64,000 nt of DNA, from IMG/VR virus record IMGVR_UViG_3300000553_000028, one strand, 5' to 3'. The notes under the pieces were generated by a model. The model saw nothing but the letters and a program-made list of their open reading frames with translations. It was not told where the DNA came from and did not search any database. Each line of letters begins with the position of its first letter. Position 1 is the first letter of the stretch. Both the position numbers and the translations under genes were made by a program. Below are positions 30,901-39,808 of this stretch, piece by piece. The DNA comes from an uncultured virus (IMG/VR IMGVR_UViG_3300000553_000028). Lineage: Duplodnaviria; Heunggongvirae; Uroviricota; Caudoviricetes.

Positions 30901-31055
30901 ATAACTTACAATCTATCTTTATGATGTTTGATTATCTTAAAACACAATTTGATTTCATTAATATAATTTCTCACTTGGATGCAATGCGAGATATTGTAGA
31001 TACATTGGTTGAAATTAAAAAAGTAGATGGTTTTTCTCAAATTCAATATAAATAA
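27909..31055 (+). CDS. fused SbcD(Mre11/gp47)-SbcC(Rad50/gp46) recombination nuclease
   Basis: ADIH, AGDLAH, AGNHD, LGDIH phosphoesterase motifs; Walker A APNAAGKSS; zinc hook CKFC; signature CSGMEKF; Walker B LVIDEGFGTLD; ISH. Confidence 0.92.
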   Translation: MNKLKRIYHIADIHIRNLKRHQEYREVFNRLFEDIKKRGTEDSLIYLAGDLAHAKLEMSPELLNEINYFLKKCCELCPTILIAGNHDCNLNNVGRLDVLSPIVEALDLPNLTYLRDTQSYTYGGVRFDLFSIFDDKENWKFEPITSDTTNIALFHGPILDATTDVGYHISSRHFTTEMFDGYDLALLGDIHKRQTMISPDGCKVVYPGSLIQQNHGEKLTEHGYAIWNISDLSVEYVDIPNDYGYYTLHVENGIVPDVTDMPVKPRLRVLVSKTDAADMKRVTTEIKKKYKVDEFTITRTDTLARLRTGNRDGKLNVGNVNDPQYQAGLIKDYLGRNYMLDAETLGKIEDLNTKLNKKLTDEDLVKNITWKPIRFEFDNMFSYGENNIVNFDNMKGLMGVFAPNAAGKSSLFDALSFCIFDKSSRAFKAANILNNRKTEFKCKLEFEINDEKFFIERTAKLAKKGDTVKVDVNFWRLEGDEMISLNGNERRDTDKAIESYLGKYEDFVLTALSLQGNNSLFIDKSQSERKDLLAQFMGINVFDKLYDLASEDIKEVQVLLRNFKRTDFTSELATAETKLEELNDEYEELEIEKESYEDRQDELNEKITELSAQLVPMDGNLNIDDLNTKKEKLENSLEELKELSIVKVANISDIIGKVVELKKLLAEKATPNGIDIEIVYSNYKTEQSKLLEATKVYDTAKLHLSLAEEKIKHLDKHEYDPNCKFCCDNTFVKDATNAKNALPQLQEIVNQALIDCTGIQQTLDTMEGIEKQYNEVVDLKAKIQKGVQAHTNRTLEFNGMITQKELYEAQLTAVEMDIVRYHANEANIQNNNVLNGQIETIKVQLASVTKDLRNINSTLLQVNGDIAKANSYITTITQKMEEAKGLEEQYQIYEYYLDAVKRDGVSYELIAKALPVIEGEVNNILQQIVEFGIVFDMSGKNVNARIVYEDQSWPLEMCSGMEKFVSGLAIRVALINVCNLPRPNFLVIDEGFGTLDSDNLQSIFMMFDYLKTQFDFINIISHLDAMRDIVDTLVEIKKVDGFSQIQYK

Positions 31056-31066
31056 TATTTATTTTT

Positions 31067-31699
31067 ATGAATATTGAACTTAATAATAAACTATTAAAAA
31101 ATGGATATCTTTCATTTCAATTAGATAATGAAACAAAAGAACAATTAAAACAAATTGCAAATAAATTAAAAAAAAATGAATTTACACACTTAAGACATAC
31201 TGGATGTGGAAATTCTGATAGTTCATTTGATTCATTTGAAAATTTAGAAAAATTAAAAAATGAATACGCACCTCAAAAAAAATGGCAAGTTTGGTATCAA
31301 GATAATAATTTTAGAACAAAAATAACAGATGAAGAGTATTCTTTTATTCGTAATTTATTTACATCTATTATAGAAAATTTATATCCTGTTGATTCTTATG
31401 ATAAAGATTTTTTCATAAATTGTACAATGTATAACAAAGGTTGTTATATAAATAGTCACACCGATGGTGCAGCCGGTCATAGACTTACAAATATACTCAT
31501 TTACTTAAATGATGATTATATTGATGGTATGGGTGGAGAAATAATAATTAATAAAGAAAAGGTAAAACCTGAATTAGGTAACGTTGCAATAATTGATTTT
31601 TCAAAAAACAATCCAATACATGAAGTAACTGAAGTATTAGATGAAAATTTTAGAAGATTAACCATAATAGTTGAATTAGCACGAAATACTCAAAAATAG
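31067..31699 (+). CDS. 2OG-Fe(II) oxygenase (prolyl-hydroxylase-like)
   Basis: HTD, ILIYLN, GGE, HEV, RR motifs. Confidence 0.85.
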   Translation: MNIELNNKLLKNGYLSFQLDNETKEQLKQIANKLKKNEFTHLRHTGCGNSDSSFDSFENLEKLKNEYAPQKKWQVWYQDNNFRTKITDEEYSFIRNLFTSIIENLYPVDSYDKDFFINCTMYNKGCYINSHTDGAAGHRLTNILIYLNDDYIDGMGGEIIINKEKVKPELGNVAIIDFSKNNPIHEVTEVLDENFRRLTIIVELARNTQK

Positions 31700-31701
31700 A
31701 A

Positions 31702-31709
31702 TATTTATA
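31702..31709 (+). promoter_or_regulatory. putative phage late promoter TATTTATA
   Basis: Octamer in the gap before the tail fibre gene. Confidence 0.6.
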
Positions 31710-31726
31710 AAAAAGAATATTCTATA

Positions 31727-34700
31727 ATGGCTGTTGATATAAAAGTTGCACCGGATGAAAAATTAGAATTAGTTCAAACATATATTACTGATACTAATCC
31801 AAATTCTGATTATTTTGTTATAAGTGAACTTCCTGATACATTTTCTGGAGGTAAAAACGCATTCTTAATAGCAGGCAGTGATAAGTTATTAGCTAATACA
31901 GAAGTAAAAGTTCAAGTTAGAGATGCAGCGGGTAATGTTTGTTATATAGAATTTTCAAACGGATTACCTACTGAATATTATGAAGGTAATTCTAAAGTAG
32001 TTGCAGTTTATGTATATCCTACACTTACTTCTTTTGGACCTGCAACAATTACTATATTAGGTCAATTAAAAGATGTTCCTACTGAATGGAGTGGTTTATA
32101 TAATGTAAAATGGCAAAAACAGGTTAATATAAATCCTGCATTAGCAAATACAACTAGAGTAAGATTATATAAAAGACCATTAGTTACAATTTCAGAAATA
32201 TTAGAACCACTTTATTCAATTGTTAGTGGTAGTAAAGTAGCCTCATTAGTTACACAATCATTTGCATCAATTAAAGTAAATCAATTAGAAACTTTTGCAG
32301 GAGATGTTGCTAGAGTAAAAGTATATAGAACATCAGCAGGAGATATAGCAGATTATGAATTAATTCAAGATATATCGATAGAAGCAAAAAATCTTTTAAC
32401 TACATATGCTTTAACAGGTAGTGTAGTTGGAAATGCAGGTATATTTGGTCCAGATAGTTTAAGTAAAGTTTGGAATACCGGTTCATTAAATGCACAATTA
32501 AATTCAACGTACATTAATGATGGTTTGCAATTAGATGGGCATGGATTACTTACATATACATCATCGTTAAATTTATTAAGTTCAAATACATACGAATTAG
32601 AATTAGATACATTTTTTACAGGTTCAACTTCAACAAATTTAGTAGCATACATTAGTGGTACACAAAATGGTGCAATTCCAATTACTACATTTAGTGGTTC
32701 AACTCCAACTAAAAACTTTGGTACTACTACAATACCATTTACAATACCTAATGATGAACCAACTGCAAGTTTATATTTTTCACAATCAGCAAGTGAATGG
32801 CATGTTGGAAATATTTCATTAAACCTTTCACAAGATACAGCATTTTCACCAAACGAAGTTAGTTTTATTACATCTATGCCAACGGTATTAGGCAATGAAA
32901 CGTTTAATTTTAAGTTTGAATTATATGATATAAACAATAACTATGTACCAATTGCAATAACACAAAGTGCTTTATTTACTGGGGGTAATAATAATGTAGG
33001 TGGAACTTTACTATTAATTAGTGGATCAACATCGGCATCAAATGCAGCAATATTAGCCTTATCACAATCAGTAAGTGGAACAATTGGTGTAGTAACTGGT
33101 AGTGTATCATATGTAAGTACAAGTGTATCTCAATCATTTTACACATCATCAGTATATTCTGCCTCATTACAAAGTTCATCTTTATATATTAGTTCATCTA
33201 TTAGTGGAACAATATCAAATGTATCTCAAAGTGTAAGTGGAACAATATCATTTGTAAGTTCATCTTTGAGTAGTAGTATATCATCATCTATATCAACTTC
33301 AATTGCATTTGCTAGTCAATCTGTATACAATTCATTATCATCCTCATATGCAAAAGTTCAACAACTAGCAGATGGTGGATATAGTGGTTCTTTTATTAGT
33401 GGGAATGTAATGTATGCACCGGTAGTTGGTGGACAATTAGGATATTTTAGTAGTTTATTTAGAGTAGGTCAAGAACCTGGCTCAATTTATTTAGATGCTA
33501 GAACTTCTACCAGAAAAATATACATAGGTGGAGTAAATTCAACCGGTTCATATAATAGTGGAAGTACTCCAGTTTATATGGATAGTGCTGGAAATTTTTC
33601 ATTAGGGTCTGGATTATTATGGGATGGTTCATCATTGACAGTGAATGGTACAATAAATGTAACGGGTGGAAATGCAGCCACACAAGCATATGCAAGTAGT
33701 TCAGCATTCACACAGGCAAATACAGCATATACAAATGCAGTTTCAACGGCAAGCGGTAGTTCATACACAATGGCAACTACATCTGCAAATTCAGCATACA
33801 CAAATGCTTCAGCAAGTGCGTATACAATGGCAACCGTATCATCCAATACGGCATATAATAATGCAAAATCAGTAGCAGATAGTATTGCAAATGGAACATA
33901 TAGTGGTGGAACATTAATAACTGGAACAAGTATAGTATCTCCTACAATAGCAGGTGCAAATGGATATTTTTCACAAACTTTTAAAGTAGGTAATGGTGGT
34001 ATTACATTAGATGGAGTTAACAAATTAATTTATGTAGGTGCAGGACATTTTAACAATGCAGATACTTCGTTCTATGTAGATAATAGTAGTAATTTTTCTT
34101 TAGGTAATAAACTTAGTTGGGATGGTTCAACATTAACAGTTAGTGGAACAATTAATGCAAATGCAGGAACTTTTAGTGGAAACATTACATCTACTGCAAC
34201 AATTAGTGGTGGTACTATATCCGGAGGTACAATTAGTGGTGGTAGTATTTCAATTGGTAGTAATTTTAGTGTTGATGTAGGTGGTAATATGGTTGCTAAT
34301 AATGCTAATATAGCAGGAGCAATTACCGCCGGCAATGGTTCAACTATTGGTGGTTGGACAATATCAAACTCACAAATATATGTACCAAATGCAATAAATT
34401 TAGATGCAATTGCAAAACAAATATCAGTTGCCGATGCTTCTGGCGTTCCTAGAGTTGTATTAAATCAAAATGCAAGTTTATCTTCATTAACAGGTGGTGG
34501 CGGTTCAAGTGGAGGTTATGGTGGGGGAAGTGGAACTAGTGGAACTAGTTTTTCTAGTACAGTTACAAGTTTTACTGCAAATAGTGGACAAACTTATGTT
34601 GTAAGTGCTAATATAAATCAATCAGATGCAGCATATGCAATTACGTTAAATACATTTGGATATTATAGTGGATATTATTCAACATTTATTTACATAACAA

Positions 34701-35425
34701 ATGGTTCAACTACTTATACATTATTTAGTTTTAGTCATTCAATATCTCAAAAGAATAGCACGTATTCGGCTTTAGGTGGTATTAATGGAAAATCTGGAAC
34801 CCTTTCATTTACAGGTGATGGAACTACATGGTCTATAACAACATACACATATTATTCCGGTCCAAATACAATTGATTATTCTAACTATGGATTATCTTCA
34901 CCTTCATTTAATTACTCATATGCAGTTGATGTATCTAAAACTGAAATAATACCTGGTGGTTTACAAGTTGTAACAACATCAACTCAATATGTTCAAGCAC
35001 CAAGAACGGCAGGTACAGCATTAATTGTTGGGGGTAATATAACAGCAACAGGTACTATAACACCAGGTGTATCGGATGGTAGGCTAAAAGAAAATATAGT
35101 TAATATAGATAAACCATTAGATAAAATAAATAATATAAATGGTGTTTATTTTAATTATACAGATGAAGCAAATGTGTTTGTACCACATTTAGGTAAAAAT
35201 AGACAAGTTGGAGTTATTGCACAAGAAATAAATTCTGTATTTGAAGAAATACCAGAATTAACTCCAATATCTCCATTTGATAATGATGGACAAGGAAATT
35301 CAAAAACAGGTCAAAATTATATGACTGTTCAATATGAAAAATTAGTACCTTTATTAATTGAGGGTATAAAAGAATTATCTAAAAAAGTATCTTCATTAGA
35401 AGCACAATTAAGTGGTTCAAAATAA
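31727..35425 (+). CDS. tail fibre/spike protein with C-terminal intramolecular chaperone (peptidase S74)
   Basis: Ser/Gly/Thr-rich repeats; SDGRLKENI, GVIAQEI, VQYEKLVPLLIEGIKEL. Confidence 0.85.
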   Translation: MAVDIKVAPDEKLELVQTYITDTNPNSDYFVISELPDTFSGGKNAFLIAGSDKLLANTEVKVQVRDAAGNVCYIEFSNGLPTEYYEGNSKVVAVYVYPTLTSFGPATITILGQLKDVPTEWSGLYNVKWQKQVNINPALANTTRVRLYKRPLVTISEILEPLYSIVSGSKVASLVTQSFASIKVNQLETFAGDVARVKVYRTSAGDIADYELIQDISIEAKNLLTTYALTGSVVGNAGIFGPDSLSKVWNTGSLNAQLNSTYINDGLQLDGHGLLTYTSSLNLLSSNTYELELDTFFTGSTSTNLVAYISGTQNGAIPITTFSGSTPTKNFGTTTIPFTIPNDEPTASLYFSQSASEWHVGNISLNLSQDTAFSPNEVSFITSMPTVLGNETFNFKFELYDINNNYVPIAITQSALFTGGNNNVGGTLLLISGSTSASNAAILALSQSVSGTIGVVTGSVSYVSTSVSQSFYTSSVYSASLQSSSLYISSSISGTISNVSQSVSGTISFVSSSLSSSISSSISTSIAFASQSVYNSLSSSYAKVQQLADGGYSGSFISGNVMYAPVVGGQLGYFSSLFRVGQEPGSIYLDARTSTRKIYIGGVNSTGSYNSGSTPVYMDSAGNFSLGSGLLWDGSSLTVNGTINVTGGNAATQAYASSSAFTQANTAYTNAVSTASGSSYTMATTSANSAYTNASASAYTMATVSSNTAYNNAKSVADSIANGTYSGGTLITGTSIVSPTIAGANGYFSQTFKVGNGGITLDGVNKLIYVGAGHFNNADTSFYVDNSSNFSLGNKLSWDGSTLTVSGTINANAGTFSGNITSTATISGGTISGGTISGGSISIGSNFSVDVGGNMVANNANIAGAITAGNGSTIGGWTISNSQIYVPNAINLDAIAKQISVADASGVPRVVLNQNASLSSLTGGGGSSGGYGGGSGTSGTSFSSTVTSFTANSGQTYVVSANINQSDAAYAITLNTFGYYSGYYSTFIYITNGSTTYTLFSFSHSISQKNSTYSALGGINGKSGTLSFTGDGTTWSITTYTYYSGPNTIDYSNYGLSSPSFNYSYAVDVSKTEIIPGGLQVVTTSTQYVQAPRTAGTALIVGGNITATGTITPGVSDGRLKENIVNIDKPLDKINNINGVYFNYTDEANVFVPHLGKNRQVGVIAQEINSVFEEIPELTPISPFDNDGQGNSKTGQNYMTVQYEKLVPLLIEGIKELSKKVSSLEAQLSGSK

Positions 35426-35431
35426 AATGTT

Positions 35432-36445
35432 ATGTTTGATTTATTAGTTACAACTGGAGCAGGTAATGTTCCTATGGGTGGTAGTGATTTATGGGTAAAC
35501 AATTTTATAGAAAATGTAATACCATTTTTAGAACATCCAACTGTTTTATTAATTGATGGTAGAATGCCTAATGGGTTTGATCCTGATTCTATATCATGTC
35601 AATATGTATTTGGAAAGGAAAACCCTTTATTAGTAGAACCTCTTTTAAGAAATTGTAGAAGAATACATTTTTTACATAACAATTATTATCGTAGAGATGA
35701 ATTGTGGGAATATAAAAATAAATTTCATACTATATTCTGTCACGCCTACATTAAAGAAATTATAAATACTAATGTAGATTTGGGATTAGATAGAGTTTAT
35801 TTACCTACTACAATGGATTTACAATGGGAACAAGATGTAATGAATCAATGTAAACAAATAGTTTGGATTGGTTGTAATGATGGGTTAGTACAAAAAGATT
35901 TCAAAGATAAATGTATTCAAATTCCAAACTACTACGAATTTCAGATTAATAATGAATATCGTTGGATGATAGATAAGATAGGATATGCGGCCCGTAGTGA
36001 GACACGAAAGTGTTTTCATTTTTTAGATGGACATAGGGGATATGCATGTACGGATTGGATGGGGTATGAAAATCTTAAAGAAGGATTAAACTTAGATTTA
36101 AAAAAGGTAAGATTTTACCCATATAATTTGGAAAATCATAGAAATTTCTTTAACTTAGACTTTACGATATTTCACGGTTGTTATGTAAATGAACCTTTTG
36201 GATATTCTATATTTAACGCTGTAGATTATGGTAAACTTCCAATACTAAACAAATATTGGATGCCAAGAATACCATACAAATATAGAGCATCAACAAAAGA
36301 GGAATTTAATAAAATGTATGAAATAATGTGTGATGATTTTGAAGTTGAAAGACAATATCAATTTAAATTATTAAAATCATCATTATTAAAATACGATAAC
36401 AAAAGTGAATGGATATTAGAAATAGTTAATTTATTAAATAAATGA
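35432..36445 (+). CDS. glycosyltransferase, GT-B/GT4-like
   Basis: GGSDLWV N-terminal motif; EPFGYSIFNAVDYGKLPI. Confidence 0.65.
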   Translation: MFDLLVTTGAGNVPMGGSDLWVNNFIENVIPFLEHPTVLLIDGRMPNGFDPDSISCQYVFGKENPLLVEPLLRNCRRIHFLHNNYYRRDELWEYKNKFHTIFCHAYIKEIINTNVDLGLDRVYLPTTMDLQWEQDVMNQCKQIVWIGCNDGLVQKDFKDKCIQIPNYYEFQINNEYRWMIDKIGYAARSETRKCFHFLDGHRGYACTDWMGYENLKEGLNLDLKKVRFYPYNLENHRNFFNLDFTIFHGCYVNEPFGYSIFNAVDYGKLPILNKYWMPRIPYKYRASTKEEFNKMYEIMCDDFEVERQYQFKLLKSSLLKYDNKSEWILEIVNLLNK

Positions 36446-37197
36446 TAACAAATAAAGATTACATTAAAGAATTTATTTCAAATAATCAAGAAGTAGATGA
36501 TTACGGAGACCAGGTTTTGTTAAATGTGCCATATCGTTGGTCACATGGTGCAACGGATGATCATTTAGGTGATGGTTTAATTATTTATTCTCTAATTCAG
36601 TTTATGAAAGCAAAAGTATGTGTTTGCCTTGGTAGTGGAGGTGGATTTATACCAAGAATAATGACACAGGCCAGAATTGATTTACATTCACAAAATATAT
36701 TTGAAGGTGATGCTAACTATAATTGGGGTGATATAGGAACTACCTATGTTGTAGATGCAATGAATGGTATTGGTGGTAATGTAAATTGGTTTAAAGAAGA
36801 ATCCTTTTTTAGAAGAGTATTTTCACCTAGGATAATTGCGGATACAACTACAAACGCATTTCATAATTATTTCGTATTAAATGATATTAAGATTGATTAT
36901 TTACATATTGATGCGGGACATTCATATGAAAATGTAAAGGAAGATTTTGATTTATATTCTCAGTTAATGAGTGAGAACGGAATTATATCAATTCACGATA
37001 CTGACCCTAATTATGCAGATAAATACATAGTTACAAATGAAGTGAAGGATAGGGGTGATTTTGATGATTGGAACGGCCCTATTCAATTAGCAAAAGAAAT
37101 AGATAATGAAAAATGGGAAGTATTTAATTTATTTAATTTTGGTATTATAAAAAATAAACCAGCATCTACTGGATTAACATTAGTAAGAAGAAAATAA
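36442..37197 (+). CDS. class I SAM methyltransferase (Methyltransf_24-like)
   Basis: VCLGSGGG, IDYLHIDAGHSYENVKEDF, GIISIHD. Confidence 0.85.
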   Translation: MITNKDYIKEFISNNQEVDDYGDQVLLNVPYRWSHGATDDHLGDGLIIYSLIQFMKAKVCVCLGSGGGFIPRIMTQARIDLHSQNIFEGDANYNWGDIGTTYVVDAMNGIGGNVNWFKEESFFRRVFSPRIIADTTTNAFHNYFVLNDIKIDYLHIDAGHSYENVKEDFDLYSQLMSENGIISIHDTDPNYADKYIVTNEVKDRGDFDDWNGPIQLAKEIDNEKWEVFNLFNFGIIKNKPASTGLTLVRRK

Positions 37198-38036
37198 TGA
37201 AAAGATTAGTTACCGTAACCGGAAGTAGAACAAATACACTTACACATTTTTTTAAATACTATCAAACTTTAGTAGATGAAATATATGTTGTAGTATACGA
37301 ATGGGAAGGTATGAGCACATATGATGAAGTAGAAAGAATATCAAAACAATTTCCTAATGTTAATATTATTAATCGTTCTAAAAAAGAAAAATTTAATTGG
37401 GAGCATGTAACCTATCTTTACAATCAAACTAAAATGTTACATCCAAATGATTGGTGGATAGTTGCAGATGATGATGAGTTTCATGTTTATTCAAAAAATT
37501 TAAATGAAATAATAGAAGATTGTGATAAAAATGGTTGGGATTTAGTTAGAGGTGGTTTTGTAGATAGAATAGGTAAAGAGGGTGAATTTGTAGAATTAAA
37601 AGAAGATGAATATATATTCCAACAATTTCCATTAGCAGGTTTTTTTCGTTATCCCTTAAGTGGAGCATGTCCTAATAAAATTTGTATAATGAAAGGATAT
37701 ATAGAATTAACACCTGGTCAGCATTATGCAAAAATAGATGGACAAACAACTTGGAAATGGCAAGGTTGGAATCATCCTTTAATAGCACCAACAAATGAAT
37801 ATAGTGTAATAGTTAATCATTTTAAATGGGATAGTACTTGTGTTGATAGAATAAAACAAGTAGCAGATATTAATCAAAGATATTCATATTCAAAAGAATA
37901 TCAGGAAATGTACGATGCTATAAAACTAAATAATTTTAAGATTGATATTTATGATGAGAGGTTTATGATTGAAGAATGTGGTTGGTACCAGTATTCTAAG
38001 TGGGATAAACTTTTTAAAATAATTCAGTCTATTTAA
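37197..38036 (+). CDS. glycosyltransferase, GT2-like
   Basis: FFKYY...VDEIYVVV, WWIVADDDEF, GQH, HFKW. Confidence 0.75.
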   Translation: MKRLVTVTGSRTNTLTHFFKYYQTLVDEIYVVVYEWEGMSTYDEVERISKQFPNVNIINRSKKEKFNWEHVTYLYNQTKMLHPNDWWIVADDDEFHVYSKNLNEIIEDCDKNGWDLVRGGFVDRIGKEGEFVELKEDEYIFQQFPLAGFFRYPLSGACPNKICIMKGYIELTPGQHYAKIDGQTTWKWQGWNHPLIAPTNEYSVIVNHFKWDSTCVDRIKQVADINQRYSYSKEYQEMYDAIKLNNFKIDIYDERFMIEECGWYQYSKWDKLFKIIQSI

Positions 38037-38068
38037 TTTGGTTATATAAATAAAATTCGTTACATTTA
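38037..38068 (+). promoter_or_regulatory. Bacteroidetes-type promoter (one mismatch)
   Basis: TTTG 38037-38040, 20-nt spacer, TACATTTA 38061-38068; ATG at 38072. Confidence 0.6.
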
Positions 38069-38071
38069 AAT

Positions 38072-39553
38072 ATGAGTAATCATAAATTAGCAATAATAAT
38101 TCCTTATAGAGATAGGAGAGAACATCTTGATATTTTCTTGCCACATATGGTTGCATTTTTATCTAACAAAGATATTGATTACAAATTATTTATTGTAGAA
38201 CAAAGTGATGATAAACCATTTAATTATGGTAAGATTTGTAATGTAGCATTTGATTTATTAAAAGATGAATACGATTATTTTTGTTTTCATGATGTTGATA
38301 TGTTACCTACATCTGATAAAGCAGATTATAGTTACAAAGATTATCCTGTTCATTTAGCAACTAGAGTACAAGTTCATGATAATACATTACCTTACTTACA
38401 ATATTTAGGTGGTGTATTTATAATTCCAAAAAAACAATTTGAAGAAGTTAATGGCTTCTCTAATGAATATTATGGTTGGGGTTATCACGACTTAGATTTA
38501 TTATATAGAATGGATAAAGCAGGTCTAAAATTAGATTCGGAATACATTTATCCTAGAATCGATACTGAATATGAAATTGATAAATTAAAAATTACAGATT
38601 CAATTAAAAAAGAAAAAGTAACTTATTTAAAATTTGATGGTGAAACCCAAATGGAAATTTTACCAAATAAATTTTTAAAACCGTTTACAACCGATTCATT
38701 TACTATTTCAGCATGGATAAACTTTGATCAATTTGTAAAAGAAGAACAATATGTAGTTTCATTTCCTGGATATAATAGTGGTATATCAATTCAACCTGAT
38801 AATACTTTAAGATTTAATTTTTGGGGTAAAGATTCAAAATACTATTTTAATTACAAAAAACTTAAACCAAATCAATGGCATCATATTGTTGCAAATGTTG
38901 ATTTTGATTCTAATAAATTAAAATTATTTATAGATACATTTGAAGAAGGATCTAAAATAGATAGTTTAACTCAATTTGAATTACCATTGTGGGATTATAC
39001 AAAAGATAAAATATACATTGGATGTGGTTCACATGGTAAGAATATGTTTAGAGGAAAATTAGCTAATTTATATTTCTTTGATTATAATTTAAGTGAGTCT
39101 GAAATTAAAAATTTATACTTAAACGGATTAGTTAATAATAGAACATTACAAACACAATTTGAGCCAGTATTAAAATATCAGTTCAATAATTTCTATAAAA
39201 ATTATTTAATAGATGGTAGTAAAAATCATAACCATTCTACATTATATAATGAACATGGTAGTAATTATTCTCAATATTTAGGTAATACTGAAATTATAAA
39301 AACTACAAAAATAAAATTACCTAAAAGAATAGAAGCAACATTTCAATCGTTACCACATGATAACGATACTAATATTGTTGAAAGATTTAATGGATTTGAT
39401 CCTGATACTATTGAAAACGGATTAATATTTTTTAAAGATATTCTTACTAAAAAAATAACAACAGATACAATTGGATTAAGTAATTTGAAATATAAATTTA
39501 TTGAGAATGAAAAATTTGATGAACATACAAATTGGATTAAAATAATACTTTAA
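38072..39553 (+). CDS. GT7 (beta-1,4-galactosyltransferase-like) with inserted LamG domain
   Basis: AIIIPYRDR, FNYGK, FHDVD, NGFSNEYYGWG; LamG-like FTISAWI, WHHIV, IYIG, FRGKL; GT7 tail IGLSNLKY. Confidence 0.85.
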   Translation: MSNHKLAIIIPYRDRREHLDIFLPHMVAFLSNKDIDYKLFIVEQSDDKPFNYGKICNVAFDLLKDEYDYFCFHDVDMLPTSDKADYSYKDYPVHLATRVQVHDNTLPYLQYLGGVFIIPKKQFEEVNGFSNEYYGWGYHDLDLLYRMDKAGLKLDSEYIYPRIDTEYEIDKLKITDSIKKEKVTYLKFDGETQMEILPNKFLKPFTTDSFTISAWINFDQFVKEEQYVVSFPGYNSGISIQPDNTLRFNFWGKDSKYYFNYKKLKPNQWHHIVANVDFDSNKLKLFIDTFEEGSKIDSLTQFELPLWDYTKDKIYIGCGSHGKNMFRGKLANLYFFDYNLSESEIKNLYLNGLVNNRTLQTQFEPVLKYQFNNFYKNYLIDGSKNHNHSTLYNEHGSNYSQYLGNTEIIKTTKIKLPKRIEATFQSLPHDNDTNIVERFNGFDPDTIENGLIFFKDILTKKITTDTIGLSNLKYKFIENEKFDEHTNWIKIIL

Positions 39554-39562
39554 ATAAAACAT

Positions 39563-39808
39563 ATGGCAGACAAAAAAGAATTATCATTAGAAGAAAGAAA
39601 TGTTATAGCTTTAGAAAAACAAGCAAAAGCAACTGAAAGGTTAGCATATGCAGCTGAAGATATTGCAGAGTTTTTCCACATCTCTGATATTGGTAAATTT
39701 ACTGAAAAATTAGAATGGTATTTATATGAATTTCACCAAATCTTAAAGACAAGACAAGTAGGTGGTTCATCATCTAGACCTGATAAAAATTACGAAAGAG
39801 AAGCATAA
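39563..39808 (+). CDS. small hypothetical protein
   Basis: 81-aa ORF TAATG-coupled to the next gene. Confidence 0.65.
   Translation: MADKKELSLEERNVIALEKQAKATERLAYAAEDIAEFFHISDIGKFTEKLEWYLYEFHQILKTRQVGGSSSRPDKNYEREA

Noticed and set aside
33700..34260. Diversity-generating retroelement or other nucleotide-level repeat system in the tail fibre
   Set aside because: Repeats are degenerate protein-level repeats. No reverse transcriptase or near-identical template/variable pair differing at adenines was seen.
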